Shown piece by piece: positions 1 through 8,188 of a stretch of DNA of 64,000 bases (position 1 is its first letter; every line of letters starts with the position of its first letter). The notes beneath the pieces were generated by a model. That model worked only from the letters and a program-made list of their open reading frames with translations, did not search any database and was not told where the DNA came from. The stretch covers positions 1,243,895-1,307,894 of the forward strand of contig OY968764.1 in NCBI GenBank assembly GCA_963695335.1. Reading direction: 5' to 3'. The stretch is from an uncultured bacterium (GTDB lineage Bacteria > Babelota > Babeliae > Babelales > Vermiphilaceae). A program made the position numbers and the translations under genes.

Positions 1-4
1 GACC

Positions 5-316
5 ATGATGAACAAAAAATTGATCGCATTATTCGTTGCTATTGCAACAGTTTCAGCTGTATCTGCTGGTTGGTATGACGAAGATGGCAATTACCACCAT
101 GGTGTTAGACCACATCATGTTGTAGGCGATACAACAAGAGGTGCTGGACATGCTGCTGAAAGAACCGTAGAGGGCGCAGAAGACGTTACTTTCGGAGCTG
201 TTGGCGGATTGTTTGGTGGTAGAGGCGTAGAAGAAAGAATAGAAGATCGTAGAGCAGATCGTGAACAAAGACGTATGGACCGTGAAGCAAGAAGAGATAA
301 ATATAATAGAGAATAA
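5..316 (+). CDS. small secreted protein with a Gly-rich core and a charged Arg/Glu/Asp tail
   Basis: Signal-like N-terminus LIALFVAIATVSAVSA, GAVGGLFGG stretch and RRADREQRRMDREARR tail. Same architecture as the next ORF. Confidence 0.5.
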   Translation: MMNKKLIALFVAIATVSAVSAGWYDEDGNYHHGVRPHHVVGDTTRGAGHAAERTVEGAEDVTFGAVGGLFGGRGVEERIEDRRADREQRRMDREARRDKYNRE

Positions 317-327
317 AAAGGACTGCT

Positions 328-669
328 ATGAAAACTATGAAAAAAATCTTTTTCTTCGTTTTCAGCTGCATAGCACTTTCTAACCTATCAATGCATTGCT
401 TCTATAACGATGGTAACAACATGTGGAGAGGCGCTGCCATTGGCGGACTAGCTGGTGGTAGAAAAGGAGCTGCAATAGGCTTAGGAGTAGGTGCTATGAG
501 CGATATAGCAAGTAATGCTGCAACAGATAATCAACGTCGTCGTCGTTATGACGATGATGATTATTATTATGATAAAAGACGAAGAAGAAAAGAAAATCGT
601 TCACGTCGTGACTTAGAACGAGAAAATGAAGAGTTACGACAAAGGTTAGATGAATTAGAAAACGAATAA
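328..669 (+). CDS. small secreted glycine-zipper-like protein with an Arg-rich coiled tail
   Basis: Hydrophobic N-terminus, GAAIGGLAGGRKGAAIGLGVGA glycine zipper and RRRRYDDDDYYYDKRRRRKENRSRR tail. Followed by a hairpin and T-run. Confidence 0.55.
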   Translation: MKTMKKIFFFVFSCIALSNLSMHCFYNDGNNMWRGAAIGGLAGGRKGAAIGLGVGAMSDIASNAATDNQRRRRYDDDDYYYDKRRRRKENRSRRDLERENEELRQRLDELENE

Positions 670-698
670 AAATTCTTCATCCCCAACCCACTATTAAG

Positions 699-724
699 GG
701 CAGGCTTACAAGCTTGCCTTTTTT
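699..724 (+). terminator. rho-independent terminator candidate between convergent genes
   Basis: Stem ggcaggc/gcttgcc (7 bp, one G-U), loop ttacaa, then tttttt. The stop codon of the minus-strand ORF lies in the loop. Confidence 0.5.
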
Positions 725-1146
725 AGATAGATAAAAACAGACGAATGAGATGCTTCACTCTTTTTTACAATAACCGTACAGTAACGATCTGGGCTTTCAA
801 ATTGCAAGATCGATTCTATTCCATCAAACGTCACGAGATGTTTCCACCCCAATCGTTCCATTTGAGTAATAAAAAAACCGACTACTTGCTCAGAAGATAA
901 TGAACTTTTATAGCCAAAAACTAAAGTACCACCTTCAGAGTTGTCTGAAAGTGGTATTATAATTCGTTCATCATAAAGAGGGATTGGTATATCAACAAGC
1001 ATCGCTTGCTGCACAATGTCATCAAATTGGCATTGTGCGTTATCGGACAAGATAACAAGATTTTTTTTCTGCTGACATGATTGTTGTTTTGTGCAAGAGG
1101 AAAAAAGCAAACAAAACAAAAGCATCAAACAATACAGTATTACCAA
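706..1146 (-). CDS. putative lipoprotein, function unknown
   Basis: N-terminus MVILYCLMLLFCLLFSSC has a lipobox-like FSSC. No recognisable domain. Confidence 0.5.
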   Translation of the reverse strand: MVILYCLMLLFCLLFSSCTKQQSCQQKKNLVILSDNAQCQFDDIVQQAMLVDIPIPLYDERIIIPLSDNSEGGTLVFGYKSSLSSEQVVGFFITQMERLGWKHLVTFDGIESILQFESPDRYCTVIVKKSEASHSSVFIYLKKASL

Positions 1147-1167
1147 AATCCCCTCATATGGATTGGA

Positions 1168-1572
1168 TTATTCAGCAGCTACCGCTTGCGCTTTTGCTAT
1201 TGAAGCTTTTGTTTCAACAAGCTGTTTAACGTGCGCATTTTTACCAACTTTATGACGAAGGTAATATAATTTAGCGCGGCGAACATCACCTTTGCTGAGT
1301 ACTTTAATTGCCTTAACGAGTGGTGAATACAATGGGAAAATACGTTCCACTGCAGATCCGCCTTCTGCTATTTTACGCACGATAAAGGTAGTTGAAACAC
1401 CTTGTTTATGCATAGCAATTACGTTACCTTGAAAAGCTTGTAAACGTTCTTTTCCTGCTTCTTTAATACTTTGAGATACAATAACGGCATCGCCTATTCC
1501 AAATGATGGAAAACCACGATCTTTCATGCCGATACTGCGAATTGTTTCTTTTGTGTAAAATGCTGCTTTCAT
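1168..1572 (-). CDS. rplS: 50S ribosomal protein L19
   Basis: Typical L19 sequence (GDAVIVSQSIKEAGKERLQAFQGNVIAMHKQG, ERIFPLYSP, RRAKLYYLR). Last gene of the trmD operon. Confidence 0.95.
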   Translation of the reverse strand: MKAAFYTKETIRSIGMKDRGFPSFGIGDAVIVSQSIKEAGKERLQAFQGNVIAMHKQGVSTTFIVRKIAEGGSAVERIFPLYSPLVKAIKVLSKGDVRRAKLYYLRHKVGKNAHVKQLVETKASIAKAQAVAAE

Positions 1573-1605
1573 GTGAGATTCCTCTTAAACTAAATTAATT
1601 CTCCT

Positions 1606-1670
1606 GCGCTCATTCTGAGCTTGTCGAAGAATTAAAGCGCTTAACCCTTCAACAAGTTCAGGGTGAGCGC
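1606..1670. repeat. palindromic element, family B (full palindrome)
   Basis: gcgctcattctgagcttgtcgaag..cttcaacaagttcagggtgagcgc. The reverse complement of 55870-55934 is nearly identical. Confidence 0.85.
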
Positions 1671-1751
1671 AATAGAAAATTTATATTTTTTATAACTACA
1701 GGAGACTAACTCCATTTAAATATACCCAAAAAACATTATTCCAGCAACTTT

Positions 1752-3056
1752 TTAAGCTCGCTGGATATTAATCCCTAACCACCTATCAAGAATAATAGCC
1801 ACTGCAGAACGGACCGAAAGATGATTAAAATCAGAAAAACCGTCTACAGGAACCAATAAATAATCTGATTGCTCTATTACAAATGGCGCTAATCCTTGTC
1901 CTGTACCAAACACCAATAAAACTGGCCTATCAGCTTGCCATACTTTTGTTTGATCATAAAAAGAGATCATTTGATCCGTATCAACAACTTTAGCCGATGT
2001 GGTAATAATCAACGGCTTTTTGCCTTCACGCTCCTCAATCTTTTGGATCGTTTCTTGCAATGAAGCTGTCAGTTGCACAAGCTGAATAGCATCATAACGG
2101 CATCTATTGTACTCAAAACCAATTCCCTTCTTCCAAAAATCAAGCATTTTTTGCACAATTTTTTGTTGATCAAGTAATGGCGTTACAATAAAAAACTGTT
2201 CAATTCCATACATTTTTGATGAACGCGCGATATCATGAATATCAACGGAAGTAACAGATGAATGCCCAAGCCTTTTTTCTTCACCAATAAGCACATCAGT
2301 ATGCATCAACGCTACGTAATGAGATGGAATATAATTGCTTACCGCAACTCTTTCTTCTTTGGTTAATTTTTGTGAACGCAACCACGAAAAATGCTCTTGT
2401 ACCGTTGCAGAAACTGCATGCTCTTGTCGCCATTTTTCAATGGCTCCATGATTACCTGAACGGAGCACATCAGGAACACGTTTATCTTTCCACTCGACAG
2501 GCTCTGTATATGAAGGAAAATCAACAAATGGCCCACTAAAAGAATCACGAGAAACTGATTCTTCTTTTCCTACAACCTGCGGTATATATCGCAAGACGCC
2601 TTCGATCAATATCATCGCTGGCAAATCGCCACCCATGATAACAAAATCACCCATAGAAAGAATCATATCTGCATATTCTTCTTCTACACGAGCATCCATG
2701 CCTTCATACCGTGCAGGGATCAACATTAAATGTCCAGAATTTTGCGCACGTTCTGCTATAGTTTCTAGCACACGTTGATCAACTTTTTGCCCTCGGGGAG
2801 AAAAGAAAATTTTAAATGCTTTACCGTAGCGCGCTTCTTTATCTTCTATTGCTTTTTGAACAACATCAGGACGAATGAGCATACCCGCACCAGGACCAAA
2901 TGTTGGAGCGTCAATACGCTCCTTTGGCTGTACATACGAAAAAAACGATTGTACATCTATATGTACAATCCCTTTTTCTTGTGCCCGTCCAACCAAACTG
3001 GTATGGACAAATGGCTCATAAAGCTGATCACAAACGGTGAGAACTGATATATTCAT
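1752..3056 (-). CDS. trmD: tRNA (guanine37-N1)-methyltransferase TrmD fused to a second C-terminal SPOUT-like domain (Tm1570/Methyltrn_RNA_4-like)
   Basis: The N-terminal ~235 aa are TrmD (IDAPTFGPGAGMLIRPD, RYEGMDARV, SMGDFVIMGGDLPAMILIEGVLRYIP, PDVLRSGNHGAIEKWR). An extra ~190 aa ends in GLAPFV..DFNHLSVRSAVAIILDRW, which I recognise as the SPOUT family often encoded beside trmD. Confidence 0.85.
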   Translation of the reverse strand: MNISVLTVCDQLYEPFVHTSLVGRAQEKGIVHIDVQSFFSYVQPKERIDAPTFGPGAGMLIRPDVVQKAIEDKEARYGKAFKIFFSPRGQKVDQRVLETIAERAQNSGHLMLIPARYEGMDARVEEEYADMILSMGDFVIMGGDLPAMILIEGVLRYIPQVVGKEESVSRDSFSGPFVDFPSYTEPVEWKDKRVPDVLRSGNHGAIEKWRQEHAVSATVQEHFSWLRSQKLTKEERVAVSNYIPSHYVALMHTDVLIGEEKRLGHSSVTSVDIHDIARSSKMYGIEQFFIVTPLLDQQKIVQKMLDFWKKGIGFEYNRCRYDAIQLVQLTASLQETIQKIEEREGKKPLIITTSAKVVDTDQMISFYDQTKVWQADRPVLLVFGTGQGLAPFVIEQSDYLLVPVDGFSDFNHLSVRSAVAIILDRWLGINIQRA

Positions 3057-3058
3057 TT

Positions 3059-3289
3059 TTATCGAGACAATTCAAGTGAAAAACTTTTTCCATAAGGTGC
3101 CGCTACATCAACTAAAGCACGCAATGATTTAATTGTATGCCCTTCTTTACCAATAACACGGCCTCTATCTTCTGGTGATACTTTTATTTCAAGAAGATTA
3201 ACATCATCTTTTTCAGAAAGATTAATGATAACCTCTTCTGGACGTGAAACCAATTGCTGCACTACAAAGGTGACCAATTCTTTAATCAT
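3059..3289 (-). CDS. KH-domain RNA-binding protein (YlqC/UPF0109 type)
   Basis: RVIGKEGHTIKSLRALV KH motif, 76 aa, located between rpsP and trmD. Confidence 0.85.
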   Translation of the reverse strand: MIKELVTFVVQQLVSRPEEVIINLSEKDDVNLLEIKVSPEDRGRVIGKEGHTIKSLRALVDVAAPYGKSFSLELSR

Positions 3290-3308
3290 ACTGTCGCCTT
3301 ATATCCGC

Positions 3309-3611
3309 TTATTCTGCTGCTTTTTCTGTTGCAACAGCTTCTTGTGCAACTGGTTTGACAGATGCTACAGGGCTAGATTTTTTGAATAAACGATAGATTT
3401 TTTTAACTGAATCAGTTGGAATTGCACCTTTAGAAATCCATGATTGATACTGATCTTCATGGAATTGAACTACGGTATTATTGATCGGATTAAATGAACC
3501 GATATTAGTGAGAATTTCACCGTCTCTTTGTTTGCGACCATCAGTTGCTACAATACGGTAATGTGGATTATTTGTTGTTCCAACTCGAGACAAACGAATT
3601 TTAACTGCCAT
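3309..3611 (-). CDS. rpsP: 30S ribosomal protein S16
   Basis: MAVKIRLSRVGTTNNPHYRIVATDGRKQRDG is canonical S16. Confidence 0.95.
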   Translation of the reverse strand: MAVKIRLSRVGTTNNPHYRIVATDGRKQRDGEILTNIGSFNPINNTVVQFHEDQYQSWISKGAIPTDSVKKIYRLFKKSSPVASVKPVAQEAVATEKAAE

Positions 3612-3628
3612 AGGAAATCATCCTTTTA

Positions 3629-3663
3629 CCCCAATTTTCACTTTGTTCCAAATCGGGGACCCC
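3629..3663. repeat. short repeat, family C (CCCCARTTTTC..CCAAAYCGGGGWCCCC)
   Basis: ccccaattttcactttgttccaaatcggggacccc matches ccccagttttcgtttcactccaaaccggggtcccc at 58996-59030. Confidence 0.6.
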
Positions 3664-3734
3664 ATCAATGAAAGAGGGATAAGTTAATGTAATATTGTTA
3701 TAAACAAGCTTTTTACTTAAAGCTCAAACTTATT

Positions 3735-5027
3735 TTATAGCTTAACATATTGTTTCGCTTCTTCAAAGCGTTTCAATAACTTAGCTACGTCAGGAACAGT
3801 AACTCCTGCCCCTTGAGCAATGCGCTGCATACGAGAATTATTTAGAATAGTCGTATTGAGTCGCTCTTTTAACGTCATAGAAGAAATTATTGCCCGAAAT
3901 CTTACAAGTTCAACTTCCCCTCTCTGAATCATCTCAGGAGAAATATTTAAACCCATTCCTGGCATATATTTAAGTAATTGTGAGAGCGAGCCAATTTTAT
4001 TCATCATCGCCATCTGGTCTGCAAAGTCTTGCAAAGTAAAAGCCCCTGATCTGAGCGCCTGTTCAGCCTTTTCTTGTTCTGCAGCAGAAACTTTTTCCTC
4101 TGCGCGCTCTATTAATGTACGGATATCGCCCATACCAAGCATGCGTTGCGCAGCACGATCGGGGTAAAAAACATCCAAATCAGTAACTTTTTCGCCTTCA
4201 CCCACAAAAATAATCGGTTTTTTTAATACAAAACGGAACGCAAATGCCGCTCCACCGCGCGTATCACTATCCATCTTGGTCAATACTGCTCCCTGAAAAC
4301 CAATAGTATCATCAAAAGCCTTAGCCACCGCCAATGATTCTTGCCCTGTCATTGCATCAAGAACAAGCACTTTATATGAAGGTCGCAGCAATGCATCAAT
4401 TTCTTGTAACTCCTGCAACATCGTATTATCAATATGCAAACGCCCCGCAGTATCAAGCAGAATAACATCAAAGCCATTACTTTTACCAAAAGTCATGATC
4501 TCTTTTGCTGCCATCACTGGATCACTGCTTTGGGCACGATAAAAAGAAATATCAACCTGACGTGCAAGCACTTCAAGCTGATCTATTGCCGCTGGACGAT
4601 AAAAATCGACTGAACCAACTAAAATTTTTCTAACTACTTTATTTTTTTCGGCATCTTTTTTTATTTTATAAGCCAGCTTACCAATAGTTGTTGTTTTACC
4701 TGAGCCTTGCAATCCCATTACCATCATAGTTAATGGAAAAGAAAATGAAAAATCCGCATCTTCGCCGCCAAGAAATTCAACAATTTTTTGCTGAACAACT
4801 ATCATGAGCTGTTCTGCCGGCTTGAGCGCATTAACTATCTTTTGTCCAACAACATCTATTTTTACCGCTGCTATAAACGTTTGCACAACACCATATGGAA
4901 CATCCGCTTCTAATAACGCTTGTTCCACGCTATTCAATGTTTCTTGAATATTTTGTTCTGTAAGTTTTTTGGAATTTTCAAGACCTGAAAATAGTGATGA
5001 AAATTTTTGTGAAAGGAAATCAAACAT
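3735..5027 (-). CDS. ffh: signal recognition particle protein Ffh
   Basis: GLQGSGKTTTIGKLA, DTAGRLH, TKMDSDTRGGAA and a Met-rich M domain (MMNKIGSLSQLLKYMPGMG). Confidence 0.95.
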   Translation of the reverse strand: MFDFLSQKFSSLFSGLENSKKLTEQNIQETLNSVEQALLEADVPYGVVQTFIAAVKIDVVGQKIVNALKPAEQLMIVVQQKIVEFLGGEDADFSFSFPLTMMVMGLQGSGKTTTIGKLAYKIKKDAEKNKVVRKILVGSVDFYRPAAIDQLEVLARQVDISFYRAQSSDPVMAAKEIMTFGKSNGFDVILLDTAGRLHIDNTMLQELQEIDALLRPSYKVLVLDAMTGQESLAVAKAFDDTIGFQGAVLTKMDSDTRGGAAFAFRFVLKKPIIFVGEGEKVTDLDVFYPDRAAQRMLGMGDIRTLIERAEEKVSAAEQEKAEQALRSGAFTLQDFADQMAMMNKIGSLSQLLKYMPGMGLNISPEMIQRGEVELVRFRAIISSMTLKERLNTTILNNSRMQRIAQGAGVTVPDVAKLLKRFEEAKQYVKL

Positions 5028-5046
5028 GTTACAAAATCCTCTTGTC

Positions 5047-5087
5047 GTGCTCGTCCTGAGCTTGTCGAAGGATATCTTCGAGCGCTC
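5047..5087. repeat. palindromic element, family B half-copy
   Basis: gtgctcgtcctgagcttgtcgaaggatatcttcgagcgctc. A near-perfect inverted copy lies at 5445-5489. Confidence 0.85.
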
Positions 5088-5156
5088 TTAAACTTCTGGG
5101 AATTAATTAACAATAAATTTTTAACGTCCATCTTATCATAAATAATAAAGCTTGTC

Positions 5157-5357
5157 CTAAATTTCCCATTCTTTAATCGTTTTCAATCTATCAGGATCTT
5201 TGTTTGCCTCCAGATAGGCTTTTTTTAATAGCGCACGCTCAAGGACTTGAGCAACAAAACAACTTAATTTTCTCTCATCAATCATCGAATGAAGCATGTT
5301 ATTCAGTTCTACGGAAATAGAAAAAGTAACTTTTATTTTTTTAGCACGTAATTTCAT
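5157..5357 (-). CDS. ribbon-helix-helix (CopG/Arc-like) small protein
   Basis: KIKVTFSISVELNNMLHSMIDERKLSCFVAQVLERAL fits a beta strand followed by two helices. No partner toxin ORF. Flanked by inverted half-elements. Confidence 0.45.
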   Translation of the reverse strand: MKLRAKKIKVTFSISVELNNMLHSMIDERKLSCFVAQVLERALLKKAYLEANKDPDRLKTIKEWEI

Positions 5358-5444
5358 AATTTTTTACTGATATTTCCCCAAGAAAGAACTCCTATACACA
5401 ACAACATTATTCTATGCTACAATTATAAAGAAAATTAGATTTTT

Positions 5445-5489
5445 CTTCGAGCGCTCAAAGATATCCTTCGACAAGCTCAGGACGAGCGC
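5445..5489. repeat. palindromic element, family B half-copy (inverted relative to 5047-5087)
   Basis: cttcgagcgctcaaagatatccttcgacaagctcaggacgagcgc. Confidence 0.85.
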
Positions 5490-5513
5490 AGCGAGGATGA
5501 GGAAAAAAATCCC

Positions 5514-6617
5514 ATGAAAAAACAAGCTACTGCTACCGCAATATACCCAAAGACTCTCCTTCTGGGCGTACAAACCCCTGAAAATTACATGGTTAATACC
5601 GATTCTTATTTTGAAGAATTTCGCAATTTAGCACGCACAAATGGCGTGCAAGATGCTGAAGAACTTATTATTAAAATTCGTACCATTGAACCTGGCTATT
5701 TTCTCACTAAAGGAAAACAAGAAGAAGTCAAAGCTTTTTGTGACGAGCATGAAATTGAACAAGTTATCATCTCAGAACCGCTCTCTTCGCGTCAAGCAGG
5801 TAACTTGGGTGAACTGCTCCATTGTGATATTTTTGACAGAACAGAGCTTATTTTAGAAATTTTTGAAAAAGCAGCTCATACCGCTGAAGGTAAGATGCAG
5901 GTTGAAATTGCACGTCTGCAGCACAAAAAATCACGTCTTGCTGGTCGCGGCGTTCACTTTGCACAACAGAGTGGTGCCATTGGTGTTCGCGGTGGTTTTG
6001 GTGAAACTGCAAAAGAAAAAGAAACGCGTCACATTGAAAATAGCATCTTGCAAATCAAAAGACATCTTGCAGTCATGCACAAAGCACGTGAAACACAACG
6101 CAAACAACGGTTGAGCAACAAAGAACCTAATATTTGTCTTATTGGATACACCAACGCTGGAAAATCAACAATCCTAAACACACTCACCAACAGCAATGTA
6201 CTTGCTGAAGACAAACTGTTTGCAACCCTTGACACAACAACACGTTCACTTTTTATTAACGGCAAGAAAAAAGGTACGTTATCAGATACTGTTGGATTTA
6301 TCCAAAACCTCCCAACACGACTCATTGATGCATTCAAATCAACACTTTCAGAGCTGCATCATGCTGATCTTTTATTACATGTTGTTGATATCTCCGATCC
6401 AGGTTGGCAAAATCACATCCGCGTTGTTAATGAAATCTTACAGGATCTCGAAGTTGAAACGCCAACACTGTATGTGTTTAATAAAGCCGATAAAACTGAC
6501 ACTTTATTGCTCGCTGGCGCTCTTGAAAAATATGAGCCTCATGTAATTGTTTCATCTCTTTCAAAAAAAGGCATTAACCCTTTAATTGAATACATCAGCA
6601 GCTGGATGCCAGAATAA
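5514..6617 (+). CDS. hflX: GTPase HflX
   Basis: HflX N-domain (ELILEIFEKAAHTAEGKMQVEIARLQH), G1 GYTNAGKSTILN, DTVGFIQNLP and NKAD. Confidence 0.9.
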   Translation: MKKQATATAIYPKTLLLGVQTPENYMVNTDSYFEEFRNLARTNGVQDAEELIIKIRTIEPGYFLTKGKQEEVKAFCDEHEIEQVIISEPLSSRQAGNLGELLHCDIFDRTELILEIFEKAAHTAEGKMQVEIARLQHKKSRLAGRGVHFAQQSGAIGVRGGFGETAKEKETRHIENSILQIKRHLAVMHKARETQRKQRLSNKEPNICLIGYTNAGKSTILNTLTNSNVLAEDKLFATLDTTTRSLFINGKKKGTLSDTVGFIQNLPTRLIDAFKSTLSELHHADLLLHVVDISDPGWQNHIRVVNEILQDLEVETPTLYVFNKADKTDTLLLAGALEKYEPHVIVSSLSKKGINPLIEYISSWMPE

Positions 6618-6709
6618 CGATCTGTCATAAATAATTGAGCTAAAAAAAAATGTGTTGTATGTTACTACGCAAGTAATGTACAGCATATTTTTTTTGAAGG
6701 AGATACGTA

Positions 6710-8155
6710 ATGAAGACCCATCTCATTTTTCAATTTGATCAATTATCTTTCCCCGCTCGCCCTGAGTGTTTTACGGAGTGTAACGTAGTAAAATGTATCG
6801 AAGGGTTAATCGAGCGAAAATTAGTAAAATATAGTTTTTTATGTTACATATTTCTAATATTTTTCGCACCTCTACATGGCATGGAACAAGAACAACAAAA
6901 AGGACCCATGGATTCCATCTGGTTTTATGACAAAAGCCATGTATTCGCGCAAGCAAATCAATATCACCAAGAACAACAATGGAAAAAAGCTACTGAAGAA
7001 TACACTCGATATCTTACTGGAATAGAATTCGGGAATATGATGGCTAACATCTGCGGATTACATTATCAAATATATGGCCCCTCAGAATATGATAGAAATA
7101 AAGCGTATTTAAATTTAGCTGCATGCCTCATGGCGCAACGCAAAGCTTCAAATTACTGGAAAAGCTTTGACGTATTATTAAACATTCCACTATCACAACG
7201 TATTTCATCATCACTCATCAACGATCATCAAAAACCTCTCAAAGATCAAGTGGTTCTTGTGCGCACTGATCAAATTGGCCTTGGTGATGTTTTTTGTTTT
7301 TTATCAGCCGCTCATGAATTAAAAAAACGTACCGAATGCCATATTATATTATCCGTACCATATATTCTCAAGGGAGCATCAATAAGCGCTGCACAAAAAT
7401 ACGGATTCAAATTAATTACCGCAATAGATAAACCTACAATCACCATTCCGTATGAAACACACTTAATCGCCCTTCTTGGCCATTTACATCTCACCCCTTC
7501 CCAAATGAATCCTAAAAAAGTTGTCTTCACTGCTCCAGAACGTGCAATAAATGCAATACTCGAACAGATCGAGCCTGTATTAGAACAAGGTAACATTCTT
7601 GTTGTTGCCGATAGAGGAGAAGTTGGCCGCCAAACAAATCCTGCTCTTATTGGAGGTAAACAATTACCTCACAACAGTGATGATCACGGCAGACATCTTG
7701 ATTCAGAACCATTCAATGCATTGCTCAAAAATAGTTCGACAATTACACTGCTTGACTGCAGTAACAAAAACAATCGCATTACTATTGATGAAAAACACAA
7801 AAATCGTTATCTCATTGTCGCTCCTGAGGAACAACCATTTGATACGATCATTGCTCTTGGACGTATTATGAGCACTAAAAAAAATATTATCGCATTTGGA
7901 CCTGACATGGGACAAACAAATGTATTTATGCGTTCACTTGATCATGATGCGCAAGACCGTATGGCATTTATTATTCCTAATGCACAAGAACATGATATGC
8001 GTATGGAAGGAGAAGGTTCAAAATACAAACACATGATATCTAACTGTTGGGTATATAAATGCGCAACACCACAAAATCAAACACAAGTAATAGAACAAGC
8101 TTACAATGATATGTTGCGATACACACTCAAAAATACCAATAACGAAAAAAAATAA
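6710..8155 (+). CDS. degenerate paralog of the GT9-like domain proteins downstream (no clear TPRs)
   Basis: VLVRTDQIGLGDVFCFLSAAHELKKRT parallels ILIHAEQGLGDTFQFIRYAKLIKEK of the next gene. Shares the C-terminal NNEKK end. The N-terminus reads through a family A repeat. An alternative start is ATG 6881, just after the leader. Confidence 0.5.
   Translation: MKTHLIFQFDQLSFPARPECFTECNVVKCIEGLIERKLVKYSFLCYIFLIFFAPLHGMEQEQQKGPMDSIWFYDKSHVFAQANQYHQEQQWKKATEEYTRYLTGIEFGNMMANICGLHYQIYGPSEYDRNKAYLNLAACLMAQRKASNYWKSFDVLLNIPLSQRISSSLINDHQKPLKDQVVLVRTDQIGLGDVFCFLSAAHELKKRTECHIILSVPYILKGASISAAQKYGFKLITAIDKPTITIPYETHLIALLGHLHLTPSQMNPKKVVFTAPERAINAILEQIEPVLEQGNILVVADRGEVGRQTNPALIGGKQLPHNSDDHGRHLDSEPFNALLKNSSTITLLDCSNKNNRITIDEKHKNRYLIVAPEEQPFDTIIALGRIMSTKKNIIAFGPDMGQTNVFMRSLDHDAQDRMAFIIPNAQEHDMRMEGEGSKYKHMISNCWVYKCATPQNQTQVIEQAYNDMLRYTLKNTNNEKK
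6753..6805. repeat. palindromic element, family A
   Basis: ccgctcgccctgagtgtt..aaaatgtatcgaaggg. Confidence 0.85.
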
Positions 8156-8188
8156 TTAAGAAATTACTGTATAAAAAAAGGAAAATTT

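Noticed and set aside
3056-3059. A possible missed rimM between the KH-domain gene and trmD.
   Set aside because: The two genes are separated by 2 nt, and the 179-nt spacer between trmD and rplS is occupied by a palindromic element. No rimM-like ORF appears in any frame of this window.
5157-5357. The RHH ORF as the antitoxin of a type II toxin-antitoxin pair.
   Set aside because: There is no adjacent toxin-sized ORF on the same strand between the flanking repeats, so the RHH fold is only suggested. It is reported as a small RHH-like gene, not as a TA system.
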